Source: Mobula hypostoma (Eukaryota). Taken from it: 64,000 nucleotides of DNA. Below the pieces are notes generated by a model. It searched no databases. It had not been told where the DNA came from and saw nothing but the letters and a program-made list of their open reading frames with translations. This document shows, piece after piece, positions 48,020 through 60,539 of this stretch. The stretch is from NCBI RefSeq assembly GCF_963921235.1, contig NC_086108.1, positions 23,002,001 through 23,066,000 of the forward strand. Direction: 5' to 3'. Position 1 is the first letter of the stretch. Each line of letters begins with the position of its first letter. The translations under genes and the position numbers were made by a program.

Positions 48020-49025
48020 TATATTTAAAAACGTAATTGAATAGGTAGTGCAAAAAGAGAGGAGAAAAGAAGCGAGGTAGTGTTCATGGGTTCATTGTCC
48101 ATTCAGAAATCTGACGACATAGGGGAAGAAGCTGTTTGTGAAACATTCAGTGTGTGTTTTCAGGCCTGCTCCTCAGGGGGAAGGGGAGCCTTCTTTGCCG
48201 GCACATTGCTTTATGCATCAACCCATGCATGAAAGACATTCAGTCTATTAGGAAGAAAGGCATTGATGCACAGGGTGAACTTGTAGTCCATTGTGGCCAT
48301 AATGCCCTGCCATATGTGCCTCATGTCTCTGGTGTCGCAGAAATGGCTGTACATTCTCTGTGAATAATTCTGTTTTGCCTTCCTGATGAATGGGAAAGCA
48401 CAGCTCTTGTTGACCTGAGAGCCATCTTATCCTCTGATCAGAATCTTGACCTCCCAGCGGTGCCCAGACCTCTGTTGTCAGCCATGGCTTCTCATTTACC
48501 CTCACAGAGATGTGTTTAATAACAGTGATGGCCTCAGTGCACTGCTCTGTATCACCAGTCACACATCCCACATATTCATCCGTTAATCTGATGGTCATAG
48601 GTAGCTGCCTCCACGAACATGTTCCAATCTCTGTTATCAAAGCAGTCCTGCAATACAGAGGTTGTTCCTTCTGGCCAGGTCTTTATCTCCCTTTGAACTG
48701 ATTTAACTCATTTAATCAGTGGTTGGTGTAAGAATTAGCATAACAAGTAAGTAGTCAGATAATCAGATAGCCAGAAATTAGGCAGGACTGATTTAAATTA
48801 GCATAATTGAAGTCCCCAGCAACAATAAGAAACTATTGGGGTGAGTGACTTGGGGGTCGAGGCGATTCCCAATACTCGGCCAGTTGGGAGCGGGAGTGGC
48901 TGAGTTGGCTCGACTGGAAGCTGGCTGTGTTTTGCTTGATGCGTGAGTGTGTTTTGGAACCTGTTGAGGGAAAGAGAGTGGGGAAGGAACGGAAATTGCT
49001 GGGAGGGGGTCGTGTGGGTCCAGTA

Positions 49026-50260
49026 ATGGCGGACAAGATAAGAGGTGGGGTTGAGGGAAAGAAAGTGGAGAAGGAGAGGGATAGAGACTTGGGATCAGAG
49101 GTAGGCAGCTGGGGAGAGGTGGATTATTGTGAAGGGAGAAATAAAGGGAATGAGGAGGTAGTGAGGGGTTGGATGAATAAAAACCAAGACAAAGGGAATA
49201 AAAGAATAAGAAATGATAGTGGAGAAAGCTCTGAAAGTGAGGAAGATGAACAAGCTCAGAGAGGAGGTGTTGTCATAACTAGGTTTAATGGGAAGGCTCA
49301 GGGACATATGAAGAAAATTAACCCGTTTGTGCTAACAACAACTCTGACAAATAAGATAGGGGAAATAGTATTTGCAAAAGTCCTTAATGATGGCAACTTA
49401 TTGGTAAGATGTGTGAATGAGGAACAACTTGAGAAAGCATTCAAGCTAAAAGAGATAGGAAAATGCAAGGTGGAATACACTGGGAGGGTGGGAGCACAAA
49501 ATAATGGTTGTAAAGGAGTGATCACGGGGATACCAATGAGTATAAATATGGAGGAGATAAAGAGGAATATCAAAGGAGGGAAAGTAATGAATGTTCAAAG
49601 ACTGAAAACAACAAAGGAGGGAGTGAAAAAGGAAAGTGAATCAGTATTGATTGAATTTGAAGAAGCAAGAGTGCCAAGGAAGGTGTTCCTGGGTTTCACG
49701 AGTTACCCAGTAAGGGTGTATGTGCCAAAGCCACTGAGGTGCTATAGTTGTCAAAGGTTTGGACACGTGGCTAAAAACTGTAAAAGGCAGAGGAGATGTG
49801 CTAGATGTGGGGGTGATCATGAATATGGAAAGTGTGGAACAGGAGTTCAACCAAAATGCTGCAATTGTGGAGGAGCTCATAACGTGGCATATAGTGGGTG
49901 TGAGGTTATGAGACGGGAGAATAAAATTCAAGAAATAAGAGTGAAAAGAAAGATCACTTATGCAGAAGCTGTAAGAATGTCAAGAGAACAGAATAATGCT
50001 CCTAATGAACAGGGAGCAATAGGGATACGAGAGATGCAACAAAGAACAAATGACAGGATTTATGTAGACAAAAAGGCTCTAGTAACATTCATTGCAGGAG
50101 TGATTAATAGTATGGCTGAGGTAAAGTCAAAAAGTGACAAAATTCAGCTGGTGGTAAAAGAGCAGTAAACCATTTAGGGTTAGTAGGACTGACATGGGAG
50201 GAAGTGAGGGAGAACCTCAGTAATCAGTCAAGCCAGGAAGTGTCATGTGTTGGTTAATAC
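49026..50260 (+). pseudogene. LINE ORF1 (gag-like nucleic-acid-binding protein), frameshift near C-terminus
   Basis: PKPLRCYSCQRFGHVAKNC, CARCGGDH..C, CCNCGGAH..YSGC, ITYAEAV. Confidence 0.88.
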
Positions 50261-50265
50261 TAATT

Positions 50266-53200
50266 ATGGTGATTCTTTTACAATGGAATGCAAGGAGCTT
50301 ACTGGCCAATAGCCAGGAATTCAAGCACTTTATTAAAGAAGTGGTTATAAAACCGGATGTAGTGTGTATTCAGGAAACTTGGTTGAAACCAACTTTAGAC
50401 TTTGTGGTATATTCCTTTGTGATAAGGAAAGATAGAAATCTAGGGGGAGGAGGGGGTTGTGCTATGTTAATCAAGCAAGGTATACCATATAGGGTACTGG
50501 AAAAAGGAAATGATCAGGAATACATAGTGGTGGAAGTGTGGGAGAGAGGGGAGAGAGTGGTTATAATTAACTACTACAATCCATGTAAAAGGTTGGATTT
50601 GGACAGCCTATTAAAGATACAAGGACAAAACAGACATAAAGTAGTGTGGTGAGCAGATTTCAATGCTCATAGCACAATATGGGGGGATCAGATTACAGAT
50701 CCAAATGGAAAGGTAATTGAAGATTTGATGGAAGAAAGGGATTTGGTGTGTATGAATGATGGTAGAGGCAGAAGGATAGACATAACAACAGGAACTGAGT
50801 CAGTGTTAGATATTACATTAGTGTCTAATACCTTGGCTGGTGTAAGTAACTGGGGTGTTTGGACTGCTTCAACAGTAGGCAGTGATTACTACCCAGTTTT
50901 ATGTTCAGTGGGCGAAAGAGTTGAAGTAAGACCAGGGGGCGGAACCCAAAGTGGGTGTTTGAAAAAGCTGATTGGGGTAAGTTCCAGAAATTGAGTGAAG
51001 AAGGGTTGACAAAGATTGATATTTCTGGAAATGTAGATGAATTAAACAGTCAGGTGACTTCAGCAATTATCATGGCAGCAGAAGGATCTATACCTAGGAG
51101 TAAAAATAGGATGAATAGAAAACTGGTACCATGGTGGACAGAGGAATGTTGTCAGGCTGTAAAAAACAGAAATAGAGCATTCAGGCTTGTTAAAAGGACC
51201 CATAATATGCAGCATTTGGTTCAATATAAGAAAGCACAGGCAGTGGTGAGAAGAACTATATGTCAAGCTAAAAGGGCAAGTTGGAGGAGTATTTGCGACA
51301 AGGTAGGAAGAACAACACCTGTGGGAGAGATATGGGGAATGATTCAGAGGATGGGAGGAGATAGAAGGGAATGGGAATATCCAGTAATGATATCTGAGGA
51401 GGAAACTGCAGTCTCCAGTAGGGATAAGGCTGAGGTCATGGCCAACTCATTTGTACTGATACACAGTTCAGAAAATTTGTCTGAAGAAGGGAGAAGAAGA
51501 AGGGAAAGGATAATGAGCCAACACCCAGGTGTGTTAAGCAGGAGGGAAGGAACAGATGATATAATTGATAATCCATTTACAGTAGCAGAAATGGTGAGAG
51601 CAATAAAGAGATCGAGACCAACCTCCCCAGGGAAAGATCTGATATGCTCTGTGATGCTAAAAAATCTAGGAGAAGGAGCGCTCTTGAAGTTGCTGCATTT
51701 TTATAACAGAGTGTGGGAGGAGGGAAGATTACCAAGTGCATGGAAAGAAGCAGTAGTAATTCCAATAAGGAAGCCTGGCAAGGATCTGTCAAAACCCACT
51801 AGCTACAGACCAATTGCATTAACATCCAGTATATGTAAGATAATGGAAGGGATGATAACAGAAAGGTTATCATATGAGCTTGAGAAAAGGGGAATGCTGG
51901 CAAGTTATCAGAGTGGTTTTAGAAAGGGAAGGAATTCCATGGACTCAGTGATTATGTTAGAGACTGAAATAAGGAAGGCCCAGGCAAATAAAGAGTCAGT
52001 AGTGGCAGTGTTCTTTGACATTGAAAAAGCCTATGATATGATGTGGAAGGAAGGATTATTAATTAAACTGCACAAGATGGGGGTTGGTGGGAGAGTTTTT
52101 AATTGGATTAAAGATTTTTTGTTTGGTAGAAAAATTCAAGTTCGGATTGGATCAGAATTATCAAAACAGTACATAGTGGAAAATGGCACACCTCAAGGTA
52201 GTGTGATTATCCCATTACTTTTCATCATTATGATCAATGATGTCTTCACAAAGGTACCAGTGGATATAGGTAGGTCACTGTTTGCGGATGATAGGGCCTT
52301 GTGGAAAAGAGGCAGGAACATGGACCATATAATCAGGAAACTACAAGAAGCAATTGATGAAGTGGTGGAGTGGGGTTTTTTCAGTAGATAAAACTCAAAC
52401 TGTATTTTTTACCAGGAAAAGGGTTGAGGTAGGGAAGAAGTTAAGGATGTATGGGGTTGAATTAGAAAGGGTTGCATCATTTAAATTTCTGGGAGTTATA
52501 TTTGATTCACGATTAACATGGGCAGACCATATCAGGAAAGTTGAGGAGAAATGTAAAAAAGTAATAAATGTGATGAGATGTTTGACTGGTAGGGAATGGG
52601 GAGCAAGTTGTTCAGCTTTGAAGAGAATGTATGTGGCTTTAGTAAGATCTGTATTGGATTATGGAAATATAGTATATGGATCAGCAGCTAGGTCTCTTAT
52701 AAGGAAACTGGATGTGATTCAGGCTCAGGCCTTGAGAGTGTGCAGTGGGGCTTTTAAAACGTCACCAGTGTCAGCACTACAGGTAGAAATGGGAATAATG
52801 CCTTTGGAACTAAGAAGGATGCAACTGATGGCAAACTACTGGGCTAACTTGCAGGGGCACAATGATTCTCACCCTACTAAAGGAGTGTTGCAGGAGTGCT
52901 GGGAAAATGGGCGGTTTCAGAGGGATACCTTTAGTCGGGCAGGGAATGATATCGCGAAAGAATGTGGCATGTTTGATCTGAGGATAAGTCCTTCAGTAGT
53001 TTATCTGGTTGTAGCTCCATGGAAGCTTGTATGGCCTGACATAGGCTGGCATTTGTTAGAGGTAAAAAGGAAAGGAAGATATAAAACAGATTTGGTAAAT
53101 GCATTTAGCTGTCATGTGATGGAAAAGTATAGTGATTACACTCACGTTTATACGGATGGTGCGAAGGAACCTGAAACAGGAGTGACAGGGTTTGGGGTGG

Positions 53201-54003
53201 TAATACCAGCAAAAGAAATTGGAATCAGCAGAAGAACATCTAATAAATTAGGGGTGTTTACAGTGGAGATGCTGGCAGCGTTGGTTGCGTTGCAATGGGT
53301 GCAGAAAGCCAGACAAGCCAAAGCATTGATATGTTCAGATTCATCCTCAGTTCTAGCAAGTTTAAGGTCTTTTCACACAAACAGTCGGCAAGATGTACTT
53401 TATGAAGTCCTTCAGTTAGTTACAAGAATTGCAAATCAGGGAGGTCAGGTAAAATTTCTATGGGTTCCAGCACATGTGGGGGTGAAGGGGAACGAGAGGG
53501 TGGATGAGTTGGCAAAGAGGGCGTTAAAGAAAGAAAATGTGGAAATGCACATTAGTATCAGTAAAGCAGAGGTTAAGTGTGTAATCTGGGAAAAAGTCAA
53601 CCGAATGTGGCAAGAAAGATGGGACAGGGAGGGGAAAGGGAGGCATTTATATCAAATACAAAAGAGTGTTGCCGTTACTAGGGTAGGTAATGGAAACAGA
53701 AGAGAGGAAATTGTGTGGACTAGGTTAAGGCTTGGGCATTGTGCATTAAACAAAACATTGAAAATGATAGGGAAACACCAGACAGGATTGTGTGAGGAAT
53801 GTCAGGAAGAGGAGTCAGTAGAACATGTAGTTCTGAGTTGTTCTGAGAAGTATGGGATACAGAGAGAGATGATGAGAAATAAATCAAGGGAGTTGGGGAT
53901 GCAGGAATTCACATTAAAAGGGTTGCTGGGCATGGGTGAGAGAGCACAAGTCCGGGTATTTTTAGCGTTTTTAAGGGGTACAGGGGTTTTTTATAGAATA
54001 TGA
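50266..54003 (+). pseudogene. LINE ORF2 (APE, RT, RNase H), few frameshifts and stops
   Basis: LQWNARSL, IQETWL, GSDYYP, SYRPIALTS, FFDIEKAYD, GTPQGS, FADD, VYTDGAK, WVPAHVGVKGNERVD, CEEC...HVVLSC. Confidence 0.93.
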
Positions 54004-55211
54004 TGAATAAACAGGAATAGGATACTAGGATGGTCAAAGATGGGAGGGTGAAGTGTAGGTTTGTATATATGTGTGTGTGTGTATGTGTGTGTGTGTGCGC
54101 GCGCGCGATTGGGTGAAGGGATTTAGAATGTATGTCTAGTGCACATTCTGGAGCAGAGGGTGGTGGTAATGCACCATTAAGCTGGATGCCAACCGCCGTA
54201 AAACAAGATACAGACAGACTTGGAGGTCACTAAGCTCACGTTGTGCTTCCCCAACATTAGCAGAAGTGGGTGGGTGGGTGGGTGGGAGAGGGATGTATAT
54301 AGCCACAATCATCAAAGCAGTGAACTCCCTTTGTAAATTGTCTGCACCTCACCATTAAGGACTGTACTGGGCTGAACAGTTGACCATCACTACTGAAGCA
54401 TTTACATACTAGTTTTTATTAATGTAGAGACATGCACCTCCACCTTGGGGTTTGCCAGAGATCGTGGGAATTCCGTCAGCCCAAAAAAAGAGATGAACCC
54501 TTCTGGCTGGATGCCCACATCAGGGGTGGTATCCTGGAGCCACATTTCCTTTAGGATGAGTGCGCAGCTGTCCTTTGTCTCAAGATGATTCAGTCCCAGG
54601 TGCAGATAATCTAGTTTACTTTCTTGTGAGTGAACATCTGAAAGCAGAATCAACAGGAGAGCTGGCCTGCAGTTTTTTGACTTTAGTATTGCATGAATAT
54701 CAGCTTGCTTTTCTGCTTCTATTTCCTTGCACACTACCTCTGAAGCTGTCTTTCCTGGGTGACTATAGCAGATGACAACACGGTACACAATAAGTGGAAC
54801 TCTGGGCTGCGGAGTCAATTTTCTATCCAACAATTCACCAGTGAGGTAGACTTGGTGTTCTTAATGTCCAACAGTATCTTGTAATCATTAGAAATACGTG
54901 AATGATGAACAACTACACCATTAGTTGGAGCCACAGTGGCTGCTGCAACTGGATGTTCACCCATCTTGATCATGAAGATGGAGGTGCATCGGTTGAGGGC
55001 AACATCTCCCTTGTTTGGTGTGTGCTGTCTGGCTATCTTCTGAATCAATGCTCCAAAGTAAGAGAGGTTGTATTCAATTGTCTCAGAAATCTTGCATTTC
55101 AATCCATCAACTCTCCAGACACAGGTCATCCCCAGCTTACCAACACCAGGCTTATGTGCAACTTATACGTATGAGCGAGCATTTGGCAGTTCAGCGGGAT
55201 GGATTTGCTGG

Positions 55212-55340
55212 AGTCCTGCCAAAGGGTCTCAGCCTGAAATGTCCACTGTACTCTTTTCCATAGATGCTGCCTGGCTTGCTGTGTTCCTCCAGCATTTTGT
55301 TTGTGCTGCTTGGATTTGCTGGCTGCTGCTGGCATCTTTT
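55212..55340 (+). mobile_element. PLE pLTR fragment, hammerhead core mutated
   Basis: agtcctgccaaagggtctcagcctgaaatgtccact...tagatgctgcctgg. Confidence 0.65.
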
Positions 55341-55552
55341 GCTGTGGGACCTCATTTCTGATTTGTGAACTGTCCGGGTTCCTGTGAACGAAATCTGCCA
55401 TAACCTGGAGAGCACCTGTGTTTCACTTCCAAGCTTCCCGTCTTTGGCTCCTCAGATTCTCTCAGTCCCATTTCTCACTATGAAAAAGTGGCACTCCGTT
55501 GTTTTTGATAAGAGTCTATCGAATCAACCTGGACTCTGCTTTTCCCTCGACA

Positions 55553-56280
55553 GTCAAAGTCAAAACTGAATTTACTGTCCTGTGCACAAGTATGTGTATG
55601 CACTGGTACAATGAAAAATTTCCTTTTCAGTAGCATCACAGACACATAGCATCAAATGCATAACATTCAGAAGAAAAACATAAATTAGCAACATAAATTA
55701 TACAAGAACGAACACAATAACACAAAACAACCGAAGTCCATTGTAGTCCAAAGTGATCAAAGTGTTATTGTACTGAGGTGGTGATTAGAGCTATGCAGAT
55801 TGGTTCGATGACCGAGTTGTTCAAAGGAAATAGCTGTTCTTGAACATGGTGATGTTAGACTTCAGGCCTCTGTATCTCCAAACTGACGGTAGATGCAAGA
55901 AGGTGGCATGGCCCAGACGGTGAGGACCTTTGATGATGTCTTCCTGAGGAAGTGCCTCCAGTAGATACTACTGATGTTGGAAAGCGATGTGCCTGTGATA
56001 TGTTGGGTTGAGTTCATAACTCTTTGCAACTTCTATTCCTGACCATTTGAATTGCTGTACCAGACACTGACGCAACCAGTCAGGATACTTTCAACAGTAC
56101 ATCTGTAGAAGCTTGAGAAAACACATGCCAAATCTTGACAAATTTCTAAGCAAGTAAAGATGCTGACCTGCCTTCCTTGTGATTGGATCTATGTGCTGGG
56201 CCCAGGCATTTAGAGATACAGTCTCTCTCCAACTCTGATCCACCAATGCAGACTGGTGCATGTTTGCCCTCCTTACCCTT
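55553..56280 (-). mobile_element. Rex1/Babar-like 3' fragment
   Basis: (gtcaaa)n tail; body resembles the reverse complement of 22600-23200. Confidence 0.55.
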
Positions 56281-56373
56281 CCTAAAGACTCAGCAGGTGC
56301 TACCTGACCTGTTGAGTGTTTTTAGCACTGCCCCTTTTTCAGTTCTGCTCTAGAGCTTTGCTGAACAGTCAGC

Positions 56374-56616
56374 CTGGTTCAGTCAGTAGCTCTCTCACCC
56401 CTGACTCTTCAGGGAAAGATTTCAAATCCCACTCCATGCTCCTGAGCACAACATCCAGGCTGAGGTTTGAATGTGAGATTTGCACTGCTAAGGAGTGTTG
56501 TGTTTGGATGCGGTGTTAAACTGTCGCTCTTCCCAAGTGGGTGCTAAATAAATTCCTGCTTTACTTCAGTGAAGAACTGGGGGGTTCTCCTGGTGTTAAC
56601 ACTTATCCCTTAATCA
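56374..56616 (+). mobile_element. Deu-core SINE (SacSINE1-like), old
   Basis: tRNA-like head then gcactgc...tttggatgcggtgttaaact...gaagaactgggggttctcctggtgt...ttatccct. Confidence 0.6.
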
Positions 56617-57525
56617 GTAAAAACGTAGAGACTGCTGGGAAAAAAACTCAGCTGGTCAGGTGGCATCTGTCAATAGGAAGGACCAGCCTGAATATGCGAC
56701 CTTCCTCTCACATGAGTCAGTCAATCAACTACTCTCATTAAAATAGACACCCTTCAATTGTTTCACCAGTAATGAGGAGCATCTTGGGACATCCAAAGAA
56801 CTAGGTGCAATGAGAAATCAAGTTCTTTTTGAAAATTTTAATAATTTGTTTTACAATTTGAGAAACCCTGAGCATTGCTTTGAGATCTGCTGTCAGGATA
56901 AGGCTTTTCATTCCAGGACGAGGGAGATGTCCTCCTTTTTTAAAGAAAGGGGCTTCCCTTCCTCTACCATCAACTCTGCTCTCAAACACATCTCTCCCAT
57001 TTCACGCACATCTGCTCTCACCCCATCCTCCCGCCCCCACCCCCCCACTAGGGATAGGGTTCCCCTGGTCCTCACCTACCACCCCATCAACCTCCAGGTC
57101 CAACATATTATTCTCCGTAACTTCCGCCACCTCCAACGGGATCCCACCAATAAGCACATCTTTCCCTCCCCCGCCTTTCAGTTTCGACAGGGATCGCTCC
57201 CTGCATGACTCCCTTGTCCATTCATCCCCCCATCCCTCCCCACTGATCTCCCTCCTGGCACTTATCCTTGTAGCAGAACAAATGCTACACATGCCCTTAC
57301 ACTTCTTCCCTCACCACCATTCAGGGCCCCAGACAGTCCTTCCAGGTGAGGTGACACTTCCCCTGTGAGTCGGCTGGGGTGGTATACTGCGTCTGGTGCT
57401 CTCGATGCGGCCTTCTATATATTGGCAAGACCCGATGCAGACTGGGAGACTGTTTCACTGAACACCTACGCTCTGTCCGCCAGAGGAAGCAGGATCTCCC
57501 AGTGGCCACACATTTTAATTCCATG

Positions 57526-57824
57526 CAAACAACAGGAATTCTGCAGATGCTGGAAATTCAAGCAACACACATCAAAGTTGCTGGTGAACGCAGCAGGCCA
57601 AGCAGCATCTATAGGAAGAGGCGCGGTCGACGTTTCAGGCCGAGACCCTTCGTCAGGACTAACTGAAGGAAGAGTGAGTAAGGGATTTGAAAGCTTTCAA
57701 ATCCCTTACTCACTCTTCCTTCAGTTAGTCCTGACGAAGGGTCTCGGCCTGAAACGTCGACTGCGCCTCTTCCTATAGATGCTGCTTGGCCTGCTGCGTT
57801 CACCAGCAACTTTGATGTGTGTTG
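57526..57824. mobile_element. PLE pLTR fold-back insertion nested in the GIY-YIG region
   Basis: 131-bp inverted arms 57563-57693/57694-57824 with no spacer (1 mismatch seen); 37-bp tail; 13-bp TSD ttttaattccatg at 57513-57525 and 57825-57837. Confidence 0.92.
57727..57762 (+). ncRNA. Minimal type I hammerhead ribozyme (mirror copy on minus strand 57625-57660)
   Basis: agtc CTGACGA agg-gtctcgg-cct GAAA c GTC gact. Confidence 0.75.
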
Positions 57825-58478
57825 TTTTAATTCCATGTCCCATTCCCATTCTGATATGTCAATCCCTGGCCTCCTCTACTGTCAAGGTGAAGCCACACTC
57901 AGGTTGGAGGAACAACACCTGCTATTCCGTCTGGGTAGCCTCCAACCTGATGGCATGAACATTGACTTCTCTACCTTCCGTTAATGCCCCTCCTCCCCTT
58001 CTTATCCCATCTCTTATTTATTTATTCATTCCCACCTACTTTTTCTCTCTCTCTCTTTTCTCTCTCTGTCCCTCTCACAATCACTCCTTGCCTGCTCTCC
58101 ATCTTCCTCTGGGCTCCCCTCCCTCTTTCTTTCTCCCTAGGCCTCCCGTCCCATGATCCTCCCCCTTCTCCAGCTCTGTATCCCTTTTGCCAATCAACTT
58201 TCCAGCTCTTAGCTTCATCCATCCCCCTCCTGTCTTCTCCTATCATTTCTGATCTCCCCCTCCCTCTCCCACTTTCAAATCTCTTACTATCTCTTCTTTC
58301 AGTTAGTCCTGACGAAGGGTCTCAGCACGAAACGTTGACTGTACCTCTTCCTATAGATGCTGCCTGACCTGCTGTGTTCTCCAGCATTTTTTGTGTGTTG
58401 CATGTTCTTTGGGTTAGCACTGTTTTTCCACTCCAAGGTTTAAATCATTGAATTTAATGAGCCTCTTTTCGTCCTTAG

Positions 58479-58581
58479 TTACAGGCAGGTTTCCTCTCAG
58501 ACAAACAGCGGTGAAGGCCGACTTTGCAATTGCTGCATTAAACACTTTAAAGCCCATGATTCCTCCTCCAGGAGAAATCAG
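58479..58581 (+). CDS. Candidate coding exon of unidentified gene
   Basis: Acceptor ctcttttcgtccttAG, weaker donor cag|GTtaac; open frame TGRFPLRQTAVKADFAIAALNTLKPMIPPPGEIR. Confidence 0.3.
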
Positions 58582-60539
58582 GTTAACAAGTTTATTGCAA
58601 TTCAGTTTCACTGACAGTTTCCCTAATTCCAATTGGCACCTTTTTCCAACTTCAGTTGTACTTCAGTCGTGCAGAATCCGATGCCAAACTTCATGACATC
58701 ATGGTCCCTGATTCCAAGGACTTCCTCAGCTGGCTGAGTCAGCTGTGGTGCAGCCCAAATCCAGACCCTGGCCACCTCTCCTGCATCCCTGCTCAGCCAT
58801 CCATCTGAGTCAAAAGGCATCTGCTGCATATCTCCACATCCCCAATTTTCCCCTCCCAGCAATTCCACTGTCCCAACCTCCCCTCTTAACTAGGTCTATT
58901 CTCACTCTAACCTGACTCTAAGATCTATGTTTTGATCGTGCATGGTTGGTGGTTGAATTCAGTGTGGTCTTGTTTCTGATCCCACCTCATGGTGCACTGG
59001 CTTAAGCCTCCTCTACTTCTTCGTAACTGTGTGTTACAGCAAAGTCTGGCGAGAGTCATGCTCAAGAAAAGGCCTTTCAATCCATGGCAGACAGTGCAAT
59101 AGTTCAGTGCCAAAACCATAGTGCAGTCTCCTGTCTTGGTTCCACAATGTGGCTGAATTATAAGCAAAGATTCTCTTAAAACAGAAGCAAAATCCACTTC
59201 AGATCTTGTACAGTTTTTTTTTGTATCCCAAGCTTCTGCTTAGTATTAAATATAGATGAAGTGATTTTGTGGGATTTAAATATTTATTCACACTGAAGTG
59301 GGGAGAGATATTCTTGCACACTTACTGAGTGTTCTGTCAGATGTGTGGTCATAGGGTTAATGTCTAGCACCGTTGTGGAGTTCAGTTCGAGTTCACCTAC
59401 ATAAAGACATTGGATGAGACACAGCCTGAGCCATGTCAAATTTCAGTGTCCAAATCTCCCTGGCTACAGTGGTGCTTCTGCAATGATAGCCTCTTGGCCA
59501 GTGTCTTGTTTACTGTACCATGGGGACTGCAGGTCATCTCCTCCATTTCTGCATGCTAAGGGACAGGCAGAGCTGCAACAAAGACATGATCAGTCGTGGC
59601 ATACAACACAGAAACAGAAACTTCAGCCCAGCCTGTTCATGTCAACTTTCAACTTCAGTTCAAGTTTAGTTGTCATTCAACCATACATGAATACCCTTGA
59701 ATACAGTCAAATGAGACAGCGTTACTCCGGTGGTCAAGGTGCAAAACACAGTAGCAACAGTCACACAGCACAAAGCACACAGAGCACATACAAGACAACA
59801 AGCACGTAAAAATGTCGGTAAGATACAGCCACATAAAAAAAAATAGTTCCAGGTCTGGGCCATGAATGCTGTAGAAATCTACATTCGACCATAATGCAGC
59901 TTGGCTTCTGCGGAGTGAACACTGGGGTGCAGCACCGACTCCAGCTTGGACGCTGTGCCATACTGCCCCCAGTGGAGGGTCCCGGCTCTGACGCCTCTCT
60001 CCTGGCGGCTGTAAACGGGTAGCTCCACAGATATAGGCCTATTGCAAGATAGCTAGCACATAAAAGATATCAGTCAAGTACAACCACACAAAAAGGGTAG
60101 TCCAGACCCTGAGTCCATGAATGCCACAGGAATCTGCAGTCGAGCACGATACAGCTTGTCTTCTGCTGAGCAACCAGTGGGAGGCAGCACCGAGTGCAGC
60201 CTGGACGCTGTGCCACATCATCCCCGGTTCCGATGCCTCGCTCCTGACATCTGTAAACAAATGACACCACAATTTGAAGCCTATCTATACTAACCCCATT
60301 TAGCAGCACTCAGACTGCAGTGAATTAAAGGGTTGATGGCAATATAGGGTCATACTTCAGCCCACCATTCATGCTCACTATGAAGTACCTGTCTACACTG
60401 ACAATAATTTCCATTAATCAAACAGTAGCTTTCAATGTCCTCATCTAAATATTTGTTCAATGTTATGGGAATTCCTGCCTCCACCTGCCTCAGGCAATGA
60501 AGCGCAGATTCAACCACTTTCTAGATAAAATACAATTCT

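Larger units (their letters stand above)
48859..54216 (+). mobile_element. Full-length I-group (Nimb-like) LINE
   Basis: 12-bp TSD gacttgg(g/a)ggtc at 48847-48858 and 54217-54228; ORF1 with three zinc knuckles; ORF2 APE-RT-RNaseH-CCHC; short (caga)n tail. Confidence 0.92.
46105..55000 (-). mobile_element. Decayed Rex1/Babar LINE split by several insertions including the Nimb element
   Basis: (ttcaag)n tail at 46105; LVEWCEHNNFNINVKKTKEMIVD, NEKPWLT; APE-like LLSDVHSQESKLDYL...LILKEMWLQ at 54.4-54.8 kb. Confidence 0.7.
56868..58401 (+). mobile_element. Penelope-like element 3' half: RT C-terminus, GIY-YIG endonuclease, pLTR
   Basis: FFKERGFP, RVPLVLTYHP, VYCVWCSRCGLLYIGKT...EHLRSV...PVATHFNS, EEQHLLFRLGSLQPDGMN; hammerhead-like motif at 58305-58340. 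Confidence 0.92.
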
